64,000 bases of DNA, taken from the NCBI GenBank assembly GCA_047967505.1, contig CM106538.1. One strand, 5' to 3'. Shown piece after piece: positions 24,501 to 34,300 of the stretch. Under the pieces are notes generated by a model. It worked only from the letters and a program-made list of their open reading frames with translations. It was not told where the DNA came from and did no database searches. A program made the position numbers and the translations under genes. Source of the stretch: Dipteris shenzhenensis (Eukaryota). Within the stretch, counting starts at the first letter, position 1, and every line of letters starts with the position of its first letter.

Positions 24501-24842
24501 GCTGCTGCGCTGCTGGTGCGGCGCTGCCGCCCTGCTGCTGCCCGCTCTGCCTCGTTGCAGCCCTGCTGGCCACTAGGGCAAAGGGGTAGGGAGTGGGTAG
24601 ATGGAGTGGAGAGGGAGGGGTAGGCTCTGATACCAATTGAAGGGGGAAGGTGAGTGGTAGAAGTACAAGAGGGAGAGAGTAGGAGAGAGAGAAGACTCCA
24701 AATGTGCGGGTGTGAAGTGAAGAGCCACACCACAAACTCTTAAGTTTTATTAGGATTAGGTTTTTCCCCCTATGACTGTCTTAAGACAGTCATAGGTGTC
24801 ATAACTGTAATAAAGGGGTGGCAATGTGCCTTTACCCCAACA
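18520..24842 (-). mobile_element. Young full-length Ty1/Copia (Tnt1/Tork-like) LTR retrotransposon nested in the older Copia
   Basis: 205-bp LTRs 18520..18724 and 24638..24842 (3 mismatches by eye); TSD ACAAC at 18515-18519 and 24843-24847; PBS TGGTATCAGAGC 24635-24624; PPT AGGTGGGAGGT. Confidence 0.97.
18824..22933 (-). CDS. Copia Gag-Pol polyprotein (1369 aa): gag, Zn knuckle, protease, integrase, RT, RNase H
   Basis: Unbroken ORF with CFYCGKKGHVKSKC, WLLDSGAS, HTDLC...RSDNGGE...NGVSERMN, YVDDML and TDSDYAG. Confidence 0.95.
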   Translation of the reverse strand: MASGGNESSILNIKKLEGAHNYALWAEQCLNVLLLKKISKPMRVKGVKPSGMSDDEWEELDLSARAAIMLTLSDSLVYNVQAEKTSYGVWQRLAELYAQKSSASKVYWLKKLVDLRMKEGTAMTSHLSEFNAIFTQLIAQGLNLDEEFKATFLLCTLPESWDTFKTTLSNSNVTLMYADVESSLLMEEMSRKNNAGSKSSNALQVQERCRTQQKGRSASKSKSRSQSRGIKDIECFYCGKKGHVKSKCFKFIRDQKAQKAETKDAGSGSKGKGKAKVDDLDAVNVAAEDSDSDRHEVLCSSAVIAHTLVIDGHDMHTWLLDSGASFHVTPHREWFTSYTGTHGVVHLGNNYACQIAGIGSIQIVFSDGRTFMLDGVRHVPQIKKNLISTGLLDDSGYHTTFGDSKWVITDGQVVVAEGFKSDTLYPLYVSSVGNHVVAITELPKVSLWHSRLGHMSVKGMQELSRLGYLPSLSFSDLPTCDHCIFGKHSVTPHKRRTPQNRAPLDLVHTDLCEMPQLSLGGAKYFITFIDDATRRVWVYFLKHKSDALDAFKKFVAQLENRTGRRLKCLRSDNGGEYVSHAFVQFCEAKGIKQDLTAPHNASQNGVSERMNRTIQEKARCMLSYAALPHGFWAEAVQTAVHIINSSPNKALELKVPEEVWSGKPPSYKHLRVFGCECFAHVRKELRTKLEPKSIRCIFMGYGDEGEMGYRLWDPVKRKIIRSNDVIFKEDSVHKEPVQPVEYRRVIYDDVGQQRMPFYMQQQAAADNPVQEGIQAGNQPENFANDAPLDMPADGAVQQPDMVVQPPVMHDEQAGQQPNPEHFIRRSTRVQRPPDRFVPGANNVADFIMLTDCGEPSSFKEAMGRTEKRKWEKAMQSEMDSLLQNDTWDLVQLPAGRKVLPCKWVFKVKVDSNALPRYKARLVAKGFKQEKGIDFDEIFSPVVKMTTLRAVLALVAHEDMDLCQMGVKTAFLHGDLHDEIYMSQPEGYAVKGKEQLVCKLKRSLYGLKQAPREWYKKFDAFMQSQGYHRCETDHCLYTKRAKDGSLMLFILYVDDMLIASKSQHEISALKKQLHKSFDMKDLGDANHILGMRITRDRSKGLLFLSQKEYIDKLLQRFKMEGGKSISTPLPPHLKLSSKDSPRSDDDKAEMAKVPYASAVGSLMYAMVATRPDIAFAVGVISRYMANLGKRHWEAVKGVLRYLKGTKDLCICYGRQDALVHGFTDSDYAGNADNRKSTTGYIFTFAGGAISWVSRLQKCVALSTTEAEYVAATEACKEAIWLTRLVGDLGITGDMPVLHCDSQSAIMLAKNPVFHQKTKHIDVKYHFIREVLEDKRLELVKVHTDDNPADLLTKSLPTERFAHCRHIMGLG

Positions 24843-27587
24843 ACAACTACTATTGAGGATGATCCATATGCTTTCTTGACTTGCAGTTATGATCCTTCAA
24901 AGGATACATGCTTTCTCAGTGTCAATGAGACACTGAATACTTGGTATTTTGATAGTGGTGCTTCTAAGCACAGCACTTCTTAGAAGAGCCTTTTTGCATC
25001 TCTACATCCTCCACCTACTAAAAAGAAGGTGACTTGTGCAAATAATTCTTCTTATTCAGTGTGTGGAGTGGGGGATATCATCCTCGCATCCACTAAAGGC
25101 ATAGAATTTCAGAATTTCAGTTGTTCTTTATGTGCCAGGTATAAAGAAGAATTTGCTTTCAGTGTCCTCTCTCAATAGAGAAGGATTTCAGGTTATATTC
25201 GATGATGCTAAGTGTGCACTCCGAGACAAAGAGAATGACTATGCTTTGATGTTGTCTGGCACTTTGTATCGGGGTCTTTTTCAGCTTGACATTTATGAGA
25301 AAAGATCCGATCTTGCATTTTCAATGAGCACTCCCACTGCTGCAATGCAGAATGCGGAGTTATGGCATGCCAGGTATGGGCACATGAGCTATGGCAACTT
25401 AATGACACTTCAAAAGCATGCTATGGTTAATGCATTGCCTCCTTTGGAGTCACCTCCTCCTCATGCATGTGAGGGTTGCATCCTTGGCAAAATGCAAAGA
25501 CTTCCTTTTAAGAAGGATGGTGCAATAAGAGCTACTCGAAAATTACAGCTCATACACAGTGATGTCCGCGGACCCATGAGGACACCTGCTTTTGGTGGTT
25601 ATCTCTATTATGTTACATTCATAGATGACTTCACCAATTATACTTGGGTCTATGGTCTTAGGGCAAAATCAGAAGTGTTTATGCATTTCAAACACTTTGT
25701 GGCTATGGTTGAGAATGAGACAGGACTCAAGATGCATACACTTCGCACAGATAAAGAGGGGGAGTATATGTCTCATGAGTTTTAGGAATTTTTGGAGGAG
25801 AAAGGCATCACGCATCAGCTTACAGTGAGGCTTACACCTCGGTAAAATGGCAAAGCTGAGCGCAAGAATCGCACTCTTATGGACATCGATAGATACATGC
25901 TCACTAGTAAGAAGTTTCCTCACAGGTTTTGGCTCAAAGGTCTCATGTGTCAAATTATGTTTTGAATTGGACTCCCACAAAAGCTTTGAAGATAATCACT
26001 CCCTATGAGGCATGGCATGGGAGAAAGCCTTCACAGGATAACTTCAGAGTTTTTGGTTGAGTTGCATATGCCTACGTGCCTGTGGAGTTTCGACATAAGT
26101 TTTCAGATAAGGCACTTAAATGCATTTTTATTAGGTATAGTGCACAAATCAAAGGCTATCGTCCCTGCACTCCTGCTTCTCGCAAGATTTTTATGAGTAG
26201 AGATGTTATATTTTCAGAGAATTCAGCACATACACATGCTGAATATACTATTCCAGCTTCTTCAAACGATGTTTCTGAGGCGATGCTTCCTATAGCATTT
26301 GGTTCCCCAGCTGAGGCTCATGCTGAAAATCAGAATTTACAGCAACCTCCTCCTGATCCACATGCCCCGATTCAGCCATAGGCTGATTTTGTACCTCCAC
26401 AGGGTGTGGATGTAGTTGTCATGCAAAAGATTCAAGAGATACACACAGCCAAAACAGTTCCGAATTGGTTGCTACAAACTCTTAGGGAGAGTAGGCTTGA
26501 GGCACCTTTGCCTGGCAGGACTCGTAGTGCAGTAAGGCACGCAGGGGGGGCCCTTTCTGTTGAGACAGCTTATGCAAGTACTCTTCTTGATAAAGAAGAA
26601 CCTGACTCTTTTGAAGAAGCAAAGGATAATGTGCATTGGATGCATGCCATGCACAATGAATTGCAATCCATTGAGAAAAATCAGACTTGGGATGTTGTGG
26701 ATGTGCCACCAGGTAAGCATGCCATTGACACCAAGTGGGTTTTCAAAGTGAAAAGCGAGCCAAATGGAGCCATTGACCGGTACAAGGCAAGGCTGGTTGC
26801 TAAAGGCTATGCATAGAAGAAGGGCATAGATTATGAGGAGACTTTTACTCCTACATCCCGAATGACCACCATAAGGTCAGTTATTGCCATGACTGCAAAT
26901 TTTGTTTAGTGGTAATTGTTTCTTTTTGGGCAAAGCTTGCATTTCTTGGCTGAGCAAGAAGCAATCTACAATGGCTACTTCCTCATGTGAAGCTGAGTAC
27001 AAGGCAGCTTTCACAGCGACAGTAGAATGTGTTTGGCTGCGTCGTTTGTTCACTGATCTTCGTCTCTTATTGGAGGGTCCTTCTCCAATTCTCACTGATA
27101 GTTAGAGTGCTATAGCAGTGGCAAAGAATCTTGTGTTTCATGCTCGCACAAAGCACATTCAAGTTCATTATCATTATGTCAAAGAGAAGTTGCATGCAGG
27201 GGAGATCAGTATGATCTATGTGTCAACACATGACAATGTTGCAGACATCTTCACCAAAGCACTTCCACGTGAGAAGTTTGAGGGATTTCGTGGTGCCCTA
27301 AACTTATCTCCTTTTAGTGATTGATCACTACCTTGTACATCACGTTGGCACTGCAGGGGGGTGTTAGAATTATTGGTATATTCTAGGCAGTGGCCAATGT
27401 AATGTAATAGGTAGGTTAGGGGCACTTTGCCTAGTTAGATCCCTAACTACGGTTAGTGGATAGGATAAGGTTTTATCACTTAGACAAAACCTCTCACTCT
27501 TGTACTTTCTCACACTCATCTATTGAGACGTTTGCACCTTCTTGCTCCCTTGCGTCCTACTTGCCCATTTCCTTCAGGGGGATGGCT

Positions 27588-29925
27588 GAGAGAGAGATAT
27601 ATTAACGTCGTGAAAGGCCTCGCGGGCCTATGGGACAGGGTGCAAAGTACACCAAAAGGAAAACTCATACAAGCCTCAAAGGGCTGGAGCAAAGGGTGCA
27701 CTAAGGCCCTAGCTGAAATAAAGAGCTCAATAGCTCAAGCAAAAATCAAGTACAAAACATATGCTGAAAGCTGATACTCAAAAGCCGAAACTCGATACTA
27801 TGGTGACTCGTCTATGAGCAGTGAAAATGTCTCGGATCTATGTGTGTCGGGTCTCACGATGTGGTGGCAGAGGGGGACACGGTCTCCTCGATCTCTGAAC
27901 TTGCTAAGCTATCTTCAGAGTGATCCCTTGTCTCAGGCAGTCTCCTCTAAGGAAAGCTGTGATAGGTCATACCTCAATAGAAGGTGCTCTTTCGCTCTCC
28001 GTGTCGCGGGTGCCCTCCTCCTCCTCCTCCACCCAACTATGTCCTGGAGGAGGAGGAGGAGAATGGCATAAAAGGAGGAACTACCCGCATATCAGCTAGC
28101 TCCTCCTCCACTCCACTATGTCTTGGAGCTGGCTCAAAAGCATAAAAATCTATGACATGCCGTTCTGTCTCGTCAACCTCTGTGTCCTCTAGTCTGGTCG
28201 CCGCCACCTGTTGCTCTCTGGTCTATCGTAGCAGAGTCTCCCTGTGTCGGTGCATCTCGAGCAGATAGAGCCCAATGCAAACCTGATAATGGAAGTGGAT
28301 CAGCCGTGATAGTGTGTAGAAGCCGCTCCCATCCTGATAGAGACAGTGGTATCGTCCCGTGATCTCATAGTAGACTGGGCAGGAAGACAGAAAATGCTCC
28401 TCTGTCTCAGTCACTCCCAACGTGCACAACATGTGGATTCGTTGCTCTCTGGGTCAATCCTCGGCTAATGGGATGAAACCCGCATCTATCCAATGGCAAT
28501 CCTCTATACATGTGAGACTCCTCTCTCCTCCAGGTACTGGGCTCTGATAATGAATCCTTCCTCCGAGACTCTCAAGAAGTGGTCGTGGTAGAATTAGGTC
28601 TTGGTGGGGACTCGGGAGCTCCTGATCTCCCCGCCAAGTTCGAGATGTGTGGAGCTGGAGGAGATCTAACTGTATGATACGATTAATCTCATCTCGTGGG
28701 ATCGACTCACGAGGTGCATCGATGCTGAACTGAAAAGAGGGAAGCATGTCCATCTAAAACCCATGGCTGGCAAACCATGTGGATATGCGTGCATACCATG
28801 TGTCCACTCCGCTTTCAGCTAGTCGTCTGGATGACTCCAGGGCCAACCTCGGTAGTCTCCAGTGGGGTAAGTCCCAGACTATATGAATGAATGTCATTGT
28901 CTGGAAGATGGCATCAATCTGTAGTGGTGTCATGGCGAGCTCTGCATGTACTTTCTCATGTGGAACTGAGGGCTTACTCCGAATCATCCTAGACTCCATA
29001 GTCACATGTAGCCGCTCAAATCTCCTCCAGTTGCCATCCATAGATCACATCCCCGGAAGTGTGCTGCATACATGGCAGTCGGTCACACTTGTGTATCGAA
29101 GAGCCAGCACTTTGTCGATGGATCTTGAAAGTGTGCATGGAAGCACTGTCTCTCCAACCGGGCCAGAGCACCTTGTCCCCGTGTGAGTCGGTCCTGGGTT
29201 ACATGGGTCATAGTGAAAAGGGGTCCTGTGAAGACCGCTCCCAGATATGTGTAGGATTGCACTATCTCCACTGGCTCGTCACGATAAGTGAAGCCGAGTC
29301 GATAGAGCACTGCGTGTGAGGTGTTGAAGACCATAACCTTGGTCTTCCCAAGATTAACTGTCAGGTCTCTCTCTATGCAGAACCCCTCTAGAGCCTCCAG
29401 GTGTCTCTGTAGTCCCTCCGTTGAAGATGAGATGAGGACTATGTCATCAGCATATAGCCATATCTGTATCATGAGATCGGAGTCTATGAAGAAAGTGATC
29501 TCATAAATGTAAATCCCCTGCTTCACTTCGATAGTACTCTCAACCCAATCCGATAGACCACCTAGGGCACGAGCTCTACCTCTGACTGACTCATATAGGC
29601 TCATCACCCCCCAGTCAGTGTCTCTAGAATCTGCATTTCTTGTAGTCTCTTGATCATGCGGGATCGTGGGACAGTTTCTAAGGCCTTCCGAAAGTCTAGA
29701 AAGCATGTTTAGACTTTCTGGTGTCTAGACCTCACCTCCTCAATAGCCCTCAAAGTGAAGATGTGGTCTAGGGGTAGAATGCCGCCTTAGGAATCCTGCA
29801 TGTCCTAGTGCCCGCTGCTCCCAAGTCTCTGTATGACTGCTGAGCTCCCTCTCTAGTACTGGTCCATAAATCTTGGCCAAAGGGTGGCTAATCATGAGGG
29901 TACGGTAGTTCCCAGTATCCATAGG

Positions 29926-29927
<2 letters not shown>
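27588..29927 (-). mobile_element. 5'-truncated RTE-X/L2-like LINE with a (TC)n tail
   Basis: RT motifs GNYRTLM, VKQG and LYADDIVL...VNLGKTKVMVF; C-terminal CTLG...EEHFLSSCPVYYEI; frameshifted. Confidence 0.85.

Positions 29928-29977
<50 letters not shown>
29928..29977. repeat. (GA)n microsatellite
   Basis: Directly visible. Confidence 0.95.
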
Positions 29978-29979
<2 letters not shown>

Positions 29980-30345
29980 TATTAACGTCCACGGGAGACC
30001 TCGCGGGCCTATGGGACAAAGTGCACAGAAAAGCGAACTCATACAAGCCTCAGTGGACTGAAGCAAAGGGTACACTAGGACCCTTACTGAGTACTAATCT
30101 ATGCTAACAAAATCATAATCATAATCATAATCATATCATATCAATCAATCTATCCAAGCGCTAGGACGAAATCGAAGCTTGGTACACACACACACACACA
30201 CACAGATTAAGGCCCGTGGGAGTTCTCACGGGCCTATGGGACAGAGGGCACAAAAAAATGAAAGGTAATACAAGGGCTAGAGAAAAGGGCGCGCTAAGGC
30301 CCTTGCTGAGTACTAATCTATGCTAGCAAAATCATAATCAATAGT
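29928..30345 (-). mobile_element. Two short copies of the same LINE 3' end (SINE-like), with (TC)n and (TG)n tails
   Basis: CTC(G/A)CGGGCCTATGGGACA...ATACAAG...AAGGG...CTA.G.CCCT..CTGA recurs at ~27620, ~30000 and ~30225, each next to a microsatellite. Confidence 0.75.
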
Positions 30346-30483
30346 CAACCAAATGTCAACTGAAACAACAGAGAAAATCAACAAACAATAGGCTTAGAAA
30401 CCAAATTAAAGCAAATAGCATTTAAAAAGGGTCTATGTTCAATCTTTCCAAAGATATCACTTGACAAACAAATGAATGTATAC

Positions 30484-30561
30484 CTGTATGCCATGGTGTG
30501 GTTGTACAACTGCTAGTGAAATACCACAAGTGGGGCATTTCACAACTTTTCCAAAAGGTAC
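30484..30561 (-). CDS. Exon 3 (VPFGKVVKCPTCGISLAVVQPHHGIQ)
   Basis: 78-nt exon, TTTTCTAG| and CAG|GTA; too short for the ORF track; carries the first CxxC. Confidence 0.88.
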
Positions 30562-31340
30562 CTAGAAAATGCAAAACAACTTAGACGACAAAAAATATGT
30601 ACTACAAAATCAAACAACATTAAGCACACTAAGCACAAAGACTATAAATAACCACAAGAAAAGTGAACAAGAACCCTCGCGAAAAGTAACAAACTCGCAC
30701 AAACTTTGACGGCATAAAAGGTCAATTATCATTTGTTCAGTACTATTGGCAAGGCTTATACACAAGCATCCAATAGATGGCTTACCCCCAAACCAAAAAT
30801 TAAAAAACAAAAAAGCATGCTAGGGCATTAACAAAATCATTGTAGCATTTATCACAACTAAGTTATTAGCATACATAAGTTTTGATCAAACTTCATAGTT
30901 CCTAAAGGGTTGAAATTATGTAGCTCCTTGGATACTTTTTCATATGATGGATTCACAACATTCATATGATGGATTCAAGCATACATTTGAAACTCCTCAT
31001 GGATTCTCTTTCATTTTGAAAGACCTTCATCTCTAATGTCCTTCCTAGAATTTTATGCTTACAATGTTTTGTTCATGCTACTTTTACACATGCCCTGCCA
31101 ACTTCAAATGCACCTTTAACGAAGCTTCCCAAAGAAGCTAAATAAAAAGGGAGAAAAGACAACCAAGAATAGACCCTAGAAAAACAGCACCAAAACAAAT
31201 TTTATCGACAAGAAGAGGGTGTGTAAGATCTCCTATAGAGTGGCCTTCGACCCGAATTCTCCACCAAACCAACACATTCATAGTCCACCAAACCAACACA
31301 TTCATAATCCTTCACATGACTCGCCTTCTCCTATCATTTG

Positions 31341-34300
31341 TGTAGGCCATCTCCTGGTGGTTCTAGTGATGCCCTATAGGCCATGGTATGTTCCTTCTAG
31401 GCATAAATATAGGCACTTGTAGTGTTAGTGCCTTTTAGGCCACATAGGACACTTAATCCTATGTGACACCTAGGACACTTAGTCCTAGGTCTAGGTACAA
31501 GTACTTTGTACTCTCTATTTTCATTATCCTAGTTGACGTGACGGCTAAGACAAGAACGACTCTTTGCTACCTGCACTCTCTCTTTCATTCGATCCTACAG
31601 TGGTATCAGAGCCTCTCTTGAACATGCCTAGGAAAAGGTTTCCTTGCCTGTTTCCCAAATTGACAGGCTTCACAAACCTTGTGCATTTCTGCAACCTTGA
31701 ATTTAGGCACTCCTGCAACAATATTTTGGGCTTGCATTGATTTAAGTCGCTGTATATTAACATGACCAATGCTTTTGTGCCAGATATCAATATCTGAACT
31801 ACACCGGTCCCATGTGCAAACATTGCTGCACTCAATTCAGGCATGTCCGCATCCAACGTAAACATCGTGCCCTTCTTCTTTCCTTTTGCTATCAAGCGAC
31901 CATTATTTTTCATATCCTCAACAAAGCATCCATGAGGATTAAATCTGACCTGCAAGCCCTGCTCAACCATCTGACCAACAGAAACCAGGTTCTTGGTGCC
32001 GTACATTTTCGTACCTGCGTCGATGTACATCAATACTGCTCTCCGTACTTGCACTACGTACTTGTCCGTACAGGGTATCGTACTGTGCTTCGCCATAGAA
32101 CAGACGTACTGTGACTCAGTACTTGACACGCCGCACCTGCATGCGGGAACGTACCTGCTCCATACAGTTTTCGTACAGCGTACCAGCATTGTACCTGTTC
32201 AGTACACCATACTTGCCTCCTAACTGCATCCGTACAGCCGTACGTTGGATACAGTCACCTGCTCCGTACAACTACCATACAGTCACCTGCTCCGTATAAC
32301 TACCGTACAACCGTACATTCTGCTCAGTACACTATACCGTACAGTCACGTACTTGATCTGCCAGTACAGATCGTATTATTCCCGGGATTTCAGTACAGGT
32401 TTGACACGTGTGAAATTATTTGCAGAGTATTCTCAAAATTTGGGTCTTTTGAGGGCTTTTGCTCTCCTTATCTTCCTTCTCCTGTTTGAAATCTTCTCAA
32501 GCTATTTCAACAGCTTGGAAAGCCTACATTTTGAGGTCCATACTTTGGGACAGGTGTACTTTTGCACTCAATTTGTGGACAGCAAGTCCTAATTTTGCAG
32601 TTGCAAGCCTTGAGGCTTTTTTTTTTTTGGATTTGGTCTTGCAATTTCTCTTTTGATTGCAATACATTGGGACAGATTGGAGTACATTGAATCACATTTG
32701 CAGGACATTGAGTCACATTCGCATACATTGGGTCACATTTGCAAAAATTTCAGCAAAATTTGGGGCTTTTCTGCATTTGCCCTCTTTTTGGCCTATTTGC
32801 CCTCATTAAATTTGGGGCTTTTGCCATATTTGCTGTTTTTGCAATAACATTTCCTGCCACAGTCACATTTGGGTCAGATCTGCATTTGCCCTTTGTTTTG
32901 GGTTGGAAATTTGTAGATATTTGCTGTCATTTTTGAACAGCCAGCTTTTTGCAGTGATAGCCTTGAGGCTTTTGGGTTTTCAGCTCTTTTTCAAGGTATC
33001 ACATTTGCTATGGCTGGGAACAATCAAGATCTATTTGGCATTCTTCGTGAAGATGATAAGTTGGATAGCACCAATTATCTGATGTGGTCTTATCTCATGA
33101 AACATATTCTTGTTGCAAAGCATTTGTGGAATGTTGTTTCTGGGGTTGACCTGAGGCCAGCCAATGCTACAGTGGTTGCCTCTACTGTTGGTCCCTCTGC
33201 AGGGGGTACTCATCCTGATGCCTCATCTTCTAGCACTCCTGCTACTACTCTTCCAACTCAGGAACAGTCAAGATGGCATGCAAGAGATGCAAATGCACAT
33301 TCATGCATTGCTTTATCATGCAAGAGAATCATTATTCCACACATCCGGTCTTGCAGGACAGCAAAGGATGCTTGGGATAAAATTGGCTTCTCTCTATCAG
33401 ATTCGCAATGAAGCACGTGTTGCATATTTGAGAAGGCAATTACAGGAAGTCAGTATGAATGAAGGTGACTCTATGGATGCATACCTGACAAAGGTCAAGG
33501 ACCTCATGAAACAACTTGCCAACATTGATGAGGTGGTGCCAAATTCACAGCTTGTCAGTACCACACTGAATGGACTGCCAGATACATATCAAGGGTTTGC
33601 TACAACCCTTCGATTAGTGGCCATGGGTAATCCAGACCACTATTCTTTTGATCAGCTAGTTACTTTGCTTTTGCAGGAAGAGCAAAGTCGAGCTAATAGA
33701 CAAGCCATTATTCCTGATCATGCATTTGCTTCACAACAGATAGGAAGAGGCAAGGCTTCCAAGCCTATGGGCAAGCCAAAATCTGCACATAGCAGCTGCA
33801 ATTCCTCCCATGCATCTAAAAATACAACAGATAAGTCAAAGAAGAAAAGATGCAACTATTGTCACAAGCCTGGACATGACATTTCAGAATGCAGGAAGCG
33901 CATTGCTTCAGAGAAAAAGAAAGCAGGATTGACAATTAGTGCCTCACATGCTATTGAATCCCATGAGCCAGCAGATGCTTCACATGCACATGCTCTTCAG
34001 GATGATTGGGCATGGGCTGTCCATTGCTCCTTTGATCCCTCCAAAGCTGATGCATTCTTTACTGCTAATGATGCTCAGTCCTGGTACTTTGATAGTCGTG
34101 CTTCCAAGCATGTCACATCTTGCAGACAATTGTTTCACTCTTTAGCTGATGCACCTCGAGGGGGAACTGTCACATGTGCTAATAATGCTTCATATGCTGT
34201 AAATCTATTTCAAGTCATCCTGTCACTTTGACAAATGTTCTCTTTGTGCCTGGAATTGAAGTCAACCTGATCTCAATTTCAGCAATTACTACTTCAAGTT

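Larger units (their letters stand above)
16376..27567 (+). mobile_element. Decayed Ty1/Copia element, host of the nested insertion; LTRs 16376..16629 and 27362..27567
   Basis: Both LTRs start TGTTAGAATTATT; PBS TAGGTGTCAGAGC 16631-16643; PPT AGGGGGG 27355-27361. Contains Zn knuckle CHYCKKPGHYIGEC, protease WYFDSGAS (~24940), integrase 25132-25785, RT start 26406-26816 and RNase H 26902-27324. Confidence 0.9.

Noticed and set aside
24088-24735. Overlapping ORFs in the young Copia leader and LTR
   Set aside because: By-products of GC-rich, stop-poor GTAC/CTG sequence; no domain signal.
31997-32400. CGTAC-rich blocks as a CRISPR-like repeat-spacer array
   Set aside because: The recurring unit is only 4-6 bp with irregular spacing, there are no cas genes, and the context is a eukaryotic retrotransposon leader.
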